Source: Methanobacteriota archaeon
GTDB lineage: Archaea; Thermoplasmatota; Poseidoniia; Poseidoniales; Thalassarchaeaceae
Length of the DNA: 64,000 nt
Reading direction: 5' to 3'
Assembly: GCA_029977385.1 (NCBI GenBank)
Contig: JAPOKZ010000001.1
Span: 22,741-86,740 of the forward strand
Shown piece after piece: positions 58,424 to 64,000 of this stretch (position 1 is the first letter of the stretch; the number at the start of each line of letters is the position of its first letter). Both the position numbers and the translations under genes were made by a program. A model generated the notes under the pieces. That model was given only the letters and a program-made list of their open reading frames with translations. It was not told where the DNA came from and did not search any database.

Positions 58424-61400
58424 TTGAATAACCACCGCCGAGCATGGCCAATGCTCGGAGATGACCCTTTGACACCAACGGAACACAGTGTGACTATCGA
58501 AGAGGTTCCAGCAGGGCGGATGCCAAGCTGGCTTAAACAACACATCCGACTCCAGTCCCTAGGAAAGCCCAGTAATGATCAAAACTATCATGGAAGAATT
58601 CTGATAATTTACCCAACAGAGAAGTCGAAGAGACAGGCACTCTCATCTATCGACCTTCGAGGAGCTGTAGATCGGACTCTCCACCACACAATGGATTCTC
58701 TGATTTCTTCATTAGTAGCAGACTTCAGGCTACCTCGAGTTATTTCTAATCAAGGCCCACTCAGTGCCATTATTCATGCTGAGTGCCAGAAGGAGTCCTC
58801 TAGACTTGGATTCCCGATGATTAACCCACTACCCGAGATGAAGTGGGGGAAGGGGAAGTCAGAGGCACTAGCACACCTCCACCACCATCTTTCGAGAGAG
58901 ATGGTGGCTAGGAGTTGGGAAGGACCAGGGATCTCCACATTCAGGAGAGTGATTTCCAGGCTTGAGGAGAAACTTCGATTCACGCATCCCGACATGGCTT
59001 GTGAACGGATTATCGAAGCCTTGGAGGGAGGAAGACTTCCATTCACCATTTCTGATATAGACGGAATAATCATGCTAGACCACTCGCCAGTGATGTGCAG
59101 ATCGCACACTCAGGTTCTCCTGTCTCTCTCTAAGCTAAGACCGATTCACCAGCTAACATACCCGGGAAACTTCCGCCTCGGCCATCATGGACACATGCTA
59201 GTAGACCGACACCCAATCGAGGATCCAACTGAACTTCCAAATTGGATCCCGTCCGAAAGGACCCCACTTACACAGTCAACCGTAAAAGTGAACAGAATCC
59301 TTCTGAAGAGAGAGGCCCACTCCTTCGAAGCAGCCATCCAAATCGTCTCTGAAAGACTAAGCCGAGAGGACTCTGAGATAATTATCGTAGACCCAGCTTT
59401 GGAGAGCAACCGACACAGATGGGAGCAACTTCTCGGAGAAATTGGTATCTGCATGGAAATGAGGAGGGCCCCCCCATCATCCCATCCTATAGGTCATTGG
59501 TTACTATTCCTTGCAAGATTGGGACACGGAGCCGACGCCTTCTCGCTTGAGAGCCTAAGGGCACTTTCTCTCCAGATGTCGGTAGCCCCATTCGAGGAAC
59601 CAAGAGATCACCCATCAGATCCAGATATCTCCCCTCTAGCCGACTCTGAATTACTAACTAGGCTAGCTAGGAATGAGCATGTCCTAGGTGGGCCTGGCGC
59701 TTTATCCAAGTGGCTTGAGACTCTATCCAGACCACCAACGAATGAGAAAGATGGCCCGATAAAGGAATCCACGCAATGGTGGCTAATGTGTCTGGCAGCG
59801 TCTATTCGACCGCTACTCCGGGGGTATGATCGGGAACTGATTGGGAACCTAAAGGACCTCGTTGGATGTCATTCTGGACAACTCCTCCCCATACCCGATC
59901 CTCCGGAAGATGGAGACGAATGGCTGCAAAACACGATCTCCCTAATCGATATGCGATCTCAGATGAACCGCTTCTCGGGCAGAGGACTCTCTCCAGAAGC
60001 GGCAGTAAGGGCTCTCATCCAAGAGCGAGTTACTCTGAGGGAGATGCAGAGAAGATCCGGACAGTCAAAGCCAACCCTAGGCTCAGATTGGGTGGATGAA
60101 CTCTGCTCATTGGCGCATCAGACCAAAGCAATGACCGGAGGTTCAAACTTCGCCAGCAGCGTCTCTGTGATGACTCCCGAGGAGGCCTTGGGATGCTCTG
60201 CCGATCTAGCGGTGTTGACAAATCTGTCTAGCTCTTCATGGGAATTGAGAGTACCAAAGGTACCATTCGTCGGTGAGGAAGAGCGCCATTCTCTGGGAAT
60301 CCTAAGGCCAGACTCTCCAATCAGAGATGCAAGACACAATTTGCTGCATATACTGAATTGCTCATCAGAGGTCTTCGTCCTAGACCCGAGTATGGACGAA
60401 ACATCGCCACCAGCCGCACCAATTAGGGAATGGGCCATGGATTTTGAGTCGTCCGGAATCGAATCCAAAAACCACGAAATTACAGAGACTGCCCGTTCCC
60501 CTAGGGCTTCAAGACAGGCCGACGGTCTTCGGATCAGACAGGGCAAGCCTCCTGAACACTCACCAATCAATCCCAGTGCCATCTCCATATCCCTGGACGC
60601 AGCGGTTCAGAGGGACCGCGAGAGAAGGCAGCCCTCCATAGCCGCCAGCGATGGATACCTCTCCGAGGAAAGCCATTCACACATACTTTCCATTGAGAAA
60701 CTCAGGTTTCACGGCAAGCCCCCAGAAGGAATCAGTCCCCCCAGGACCAATAGAAGATGGCCGGTTGTTGGAGCCTCAGTGAACGGAAAGACCACTCCCT
60801 CGATTGATCCGAGGCCCCTCTCACCGAAGGCTACTGGTGCTCTCGTCAGCGACTCTAGACACGGACACTCGGGAGAGGCGCTCCAGGAGATTCCGGTGTG
60901 GTCCCCGACAAGGCTCCAGGAGTGGTCACGATGTCCAAGAAGGGGGTGGCTCTCCAGAGAACTTGGCGCACAAAGAGAGGAGTTGCAGGGAGAGGATATT
61001 GACAATAGGACTTACGGGGAGCTTCTTCACAACGTCCATCATGATATAATTGCCAAAACCCTTGGCTTCGAGACCAGTGACGAGCGCACTCACGACGGTG
61101 GACTTGGCCATGTCAGCGTGCAGAGATCGGGATTGGATCAAAGAGAAATCATGCGCATTGCACTCGAGTCATTGGACTCAAGGGCTCCTTGGTTAGAGAG
61201 GACCGATGCCGTATCGACCCAACGTCTTAGGTCCCTGACCGGTATGGATAGGGAAGAATGGGGAAGTTGGCTGGCAGACCCAAAACCCATCCCTCCGAGA
61301 GGTAGGATTGGAAGTATTGTTACAGCCGAGTTCGATGTAAGCGACTCTGCTCCCCTGTCTATCGAGTGGAGTATCGGAAAACACTCTTCAGACTATGTCC

Positions 61401-62035
61401 AAGTTGATCCAACCCCTGAGATATCCGGAATTGTAGAGGCAACTCCCATCAGGGTCAGAGGGTGGATAGATAGGGTAGACTTGCTCCCATTCGACTTAGA
61501 TTCGGAGACTTGGATTGACGACGGAGGGAGCGACACAGTAGCACCGCTCAGAGTCATGGGCTCGGGATGGAAACCGAAAAGAGTGATTGCCATCAGGGAC
61601 CTCAAGACCTCCGAGGACCCCTACCAAAGGAATAGACATTACACCGGACTTCTAGACGAACTCCAACTTGCCATTTATGCCAGGGCATGGGAGGTAGCCC
61701 ACCCCGGAGACCTGGTCCTTGCAGCTGGGATTTCCGTGATAGGGCACAAATCAGAACACTTCCTGGAGGTATCCTCACTATTCTCCCCTTCTCCACCCGG
61801 AATTAACATCGGCACACAGACAACAATCACTACTGGATTACACAGATTTTCGGATGAGGATGAAAAAGCCGACTCAGATCATTTCAGGGCTTGGTTGGCA
61901 CAACGTCTCTCAGTAGCCATGGGAGTCGCTAGCAATGCCAGAAACGGGAAGGTACACCCCACTCCTTCCCCCAAAGCCTGTGCATATTGTCCCGTGAGAG
62001 AAATCTGTGATGTTAGGATGGAGGGGTCTTTCTGA
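58424..62035 (+). CDS. AddB/AdnA-like subunit: degenerate N-terminal helicase-like region plus C-terminal RecB-family PD-(D/E)XK nuclease with Fe-S cluster
   Basis: C-terminal CPRRGWL ... RVDLLPFDL ... IAIRDLKTS ... QLAIYARAW ... CAYCPVREIC. Sits immediately upstream of the UvrD-like helicase. Confidence 0.65.
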   Translation: MNNHRRAWPMLGDDPLTPTEHSVTIEEVPAGRMPSWLKQHIRLQSLGKPSNDQNYHGRILIIYPTEKSKRQALSSIDLRGAVDRTLHHTMDSLISSLVADFRLPRVISNQGPLSAIIHAECQKESSRLGFPMINPLPEMKWGKGKSEALAHLHHHLSREMVARSWEGPGISTFRRVISRLEEKLRFTHPDMACERIIEALEGGRLPFTISDIDGIIMLDHSPVMCRSHTQVLLSLSKLRPIHQLTYPGNFRLGHHGHMLVDRHPIEDPTELPNWIPSERTPLTQSTVKVNRILLKREAHSFEAAIQIVSERLSREDSEIIIVDPALESNRHRWEQLLGEIGICMEMRRAPPSSHPIGHWLLFLARLGHGADAFSLESLRALSLQMSVAPFEEPRDHPSDPDISPLADSELLTRLARNEHVLGGPGALSKWLETLSRPPTNEKDGPIKESTQWWLMCLAASIRPLLRGYDRELIGNLKDLVGCHSGQLLPIPDPPEDGDEWLQNTISLIDMRSQMNRFSGRGLSPEAAVRALIQERVTLREMQRRSGQSKPTLGSDWVDELCSLAHQTKAMTGGSNFASSVSVMTPEEALGCSADLAVLTNLSSSSWELRVPKVPFVGEEERHSLGILRPDSPIRDARHNLLHILNCSSEVFVLDPSMDETSPPAAPIREWAMDFESSGIESKNHEITETARSPRASRQADGLRIRQGKPPEHSPINPSAISISLDAAVQRDRERRQPSIAASDGYLSEESHSHILSIEKLRFHGKPPEGISPPRTNRRWPVVGASVNGKTTPSIDPRPLSPKATGALVSDSRHGHSGEALQEIPVWSPTRLQEWSRCPRRGWLSRELGAQREELQGEDIDNRTYGELLHNVHHDIIAKTLGFETSDERTHDGGLGHVSVQRSGLDQREIMRIALESLDSRAPWLERTDAVSTQRLRSLTGMDREEWGSWLADPKPIPPRGRIGSIVTAEFDVSDSAPLSIEWSIGKHSSDYVQVDPTPEISGIVEATPIRVRGWIDRVDLLPFDLDSETWIDDGGSDTVAPLRVMGSGWKPKRVIAIRDLKTSEDPYQRNRHYTGLLDELQLAIYARAWEVAHPGDLVLAAGISVIGHKSEHFLEVSSLFSPSPPGINIGTQTTITTGLHRFSDEDEKADSDHFRAWLAQRLSVAMGVASNARNGKVHPTPSPKACAYCPVREICDVRMEGSF

Positions 62036-62040
62036 TCCGA

Positions 62041-64000
62041 CTGAATACTGCTCAGAGACTGGCTCTGAATCTGGACTCGCACATCGTAATCGATGCTGGG
62101 GCTGGAACCGGAAAGACAAGCACCATCGTCGACAGAGTCATCGAGCACTACCTAGCCAATGACCAGAGAGCCACCCGAATCCTCCCGAAGCCAGCCAGGG
62201 CACCAAGCATAGGAGGGGGAATGGTTACCGCACCTGCCTCAGAGAAAACCAACCTGCAGGATTGGAACGGCCTACTGCCAAGCGAGGTAGTCCTACTTAC
62301 GTTCACTAACAGAGCAGCCGATGAGATGAAGGACAGACTTCGAAGAACTATCTCGAGAATCAGGCCCGGCCCTCTCGGCGACGACGGCAAACACCGCTAC
62401 GATCCTAGAGTCGAGAGCCAAGGATTCATCGAGCAACTCCTCACTCTCCTCGAGGATGCTCCTATCGGGACGATAGACTCGTTCCTGTCTCAGTTGGTTT
62501 CCCCGTACAGAGGGAGACTGGGAGACGCTCTCAGTAGGGAGAACGTATCTGACGCTGCGAGGGCAATCTTGGTGGAGACGTCCCTCAGAACGATATGGAG
62601 ACTAGCAAGCGACAGTTCCAGAATAGGAGACGCGGTCGATGCCGGGATTCCGGCGCATATAGCTTCTGAGGTACTCTCCGCGAGGGATAGGGTGGCAAGG
62701 CACTACTCCGGCAGGACTTCTGCTTCCAGGGTTCTCCGAGCGCTTGTCGGGAAATCTGTGTTCGTGGAAGAGTCATCGCGCAAAGTAATGGACCAAAGCG
62801 GTAACGTGGACAGGGACAAGCTACTCAGAATGATCATGTCATCGATAGAAGAAACGGACATCGATGAACAAGCCGAGAGGGTCCACGTAATCATCAGAGA
62901 AATCTTCGAGACCATCAAGGAATGCATCCAGACCCCCTCTTCATCCGGCTGGGCAGCCGGGACCAGGATGGCCTGCCTAGAAGAGCTAGATAGAACCGGA
63001 CCTCCAACTGATCCTTGGGGAAAGCTGTGCTGGATGGGGCACATACTGACGAGCACAGTTAGCCCATCCACACTGATGTCAAAGGAAATGCGACATTTCC
63101 CTGGTATGAAGCTGCCATCAGATGAATGGGAGGCAGGGATTAGGAGCTTCGCAGAGATAAAAGATGCGAATCTGAAGGCACTTTACAGAACCAAATTGAA
63201 GGAGAAAACAGCTGAACTATCCAGTATCTGGTCGGATGAATTGGGAAGCATGGTCCTCCATTTCGTGAGAATTGCAGTCCTACTGGGCGAATCAGAACCT
63301 CCTCAGGTCCCCGATGGGTGGTCGAAGCCGATAACCACCCTGGCCGTGGACATCCCTGAGAGAATCGAGAATCCCAACATGAACCATCACTTCAGCCTAG
63401 AGGCGGAAATTCAGAATCTCAGGGACCTCCATCTTCTGCATCTTGGATTCCAAGGAGTGATGAAGAAACTCAAGCAGCGTGATGAGACTCACGACTTCGA
63501 CGATATCCAGAGGCTAGCAGGCGACCTACTGCTGGCAAACTGCCCCGAGGTATGCAGGACTTTCTACCATCCCAACGTACAACAGGCCTTGGATTCCATT
63601 GATCAGAGAAGCCCATGGAGGGACGACCATATTAACAGGGCAATAGAAGCAATATCCAATCTGGAGGAAAATCGCGATCTCGCCGGAGAGGCAGCATCGA
63701 GACTGGCAGCCATGCGAGCCGATATCGAGAGTCGGCACCTCTTGCTAGGTCAAATCAGAAGGAGGTTCAGAGCATTCATCATTGATGAGGCACAAGACAA
63801 CTCGCCCTTGCAATGGAGGCTTCTATCTCGTCTTTGGGGTCCTAGAGAGATAAGAGAAGAAGAAGGTCAGAGGGCAGATACCCCATGGGAACCAACCGTT
63901 TGCTATGTTGGTGACGTTAAGCAGAGCATCTATGCCTTCAGGCAGGCAGAGGTCACAGGATTCCTAGACTTCGCGAAGTCTCTGAGGGCGGTGAACGTTC
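62041..64000 (+). CDS. UvrD/PcrA/AddA-like superfamily I helicase, 3' end truncated by window edge; start codon unresolved
   Basis: Walker A DAGAGTGKT, motif II FIIDEAQDN, VGDVKQSIYAFRQA (motif III). Frame is open from 62017 with no ATG/GTG/TTG before the Walker A. Confidence 0.75.
   Translation, partial: MNTAQRLALNLDSHIVIDAGAGTGKTSTIVDRVIEHYLANDQRATRILPKPARAPSIGGGMVTAPASEKTNLQDWNGLLPSEVVLLTFTNRAADEMKDRLRRTISRIRPGPLGDDGKHRYDPRVESQGFIEQLLTLLEDAPIGTIDSFLSQLVSPYRGRLGDALSRENVSDAARAILVETSLRTIWRLASDSSRIGDAVDAGIPAHIASEVLSARDRVARHYSGRTSASRVLRALVGKSVFVEESSRKVMDQSGNVDRDKLLRMIMSSIEETDIDEQAERVHVIIREIFETIKECIQTPSSSGWAAGTRMACLEELDRTGPPTDPWGKLCWMGHILTSTVSPSTLMSKEMRHFPGMKLPSDEWEAGIRSFAEIKDANLKALYRTKLKEKTAELSSIWSDELGSMVLHFVRIAVLLGESEPPQVPDGWSKPITTLAVDIPERIENPNMNHHFSLEAEIQNLRDLHLLHLGFQGVMKKLKQRDETHDFDDIQRLAGDLLLANCPEVCRTFYHPNVQQALDSIDQRSPWRDDHINRAIEAISNLEENRDLAGEAASRLAAMRADIESRHLLLGQIRRRFRAFIIDEAQDNSPLQWRLLSRLWGPREIREEEGQRADTPWEPTVCYVGDVKQSIYAFRQAEVTGFLDFAKSLRAVNV

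Noticed and set aside
1-64000. CRISPR array
   Set aside because: No regularly spaced direct repeats seen; the only perfect tandem repeat (51481..51551) is coding (EP linker).

Overview
The window is a gene-dense chromosomal segment that appears archaeal. It carries an r-protein L18e-L13-S9-RpoN cluster, MCM, archaeal GatE, Pth2, Trm1 and two PAC2-type proteasome-assembly chaperone paralogs. Moderate-to-high GC, acidic proteins, lipobox lipoproteins and giant surface proteins resemble marine planktonic Euryarchaeota (MGII/Poseidoniales-like), but that lineage call is only a guess. Coding density is about 90% on both strands.

Main content:
- A B12-dependent class II ribonucleotide reductase (NrdJ), truncated at the window start, with a PduO-type cobalamin adenosyltransferase nearby.
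- Core metabolism: Icd, PurM, MoaA, an NfuA-like Fe-S protein, LtaE, and an aminotransferase.
- A complete Liv-type ABC transporter operon with an unusual triple-domain substrate-binding lipoprotein and a fused LivH-LivM permease of 1215 aa.
- An NAD-dependent DNA ligase (LigA).
- A Cas4-like Fe-S nuclease convergent with a DEDDh exonuclease.
- An AddB-like plus UvrD/AddA-like helicase-nuclease pair at the 3' end, where the helicase has no canonical start codon.
- A 2639-aa cell-surface protein packed with Asp-rich Ca-binding-type repeats.
- A 1036-aa RCC1 plus ephrin-receptor-like cysteine-repeat surface protein.
- Two paralogous long coiled-coil proteins sharing a C-terminal HhH-like domain.
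- Three tRNAs: tRNA-Pro(GGG) and a tandem pair tRNA-Arg(GCG)/tRNA-Arg(CCG).

No CRISPR array, integrase or transposase was seen. All calls are from reading motifs by eye; no searches were run.
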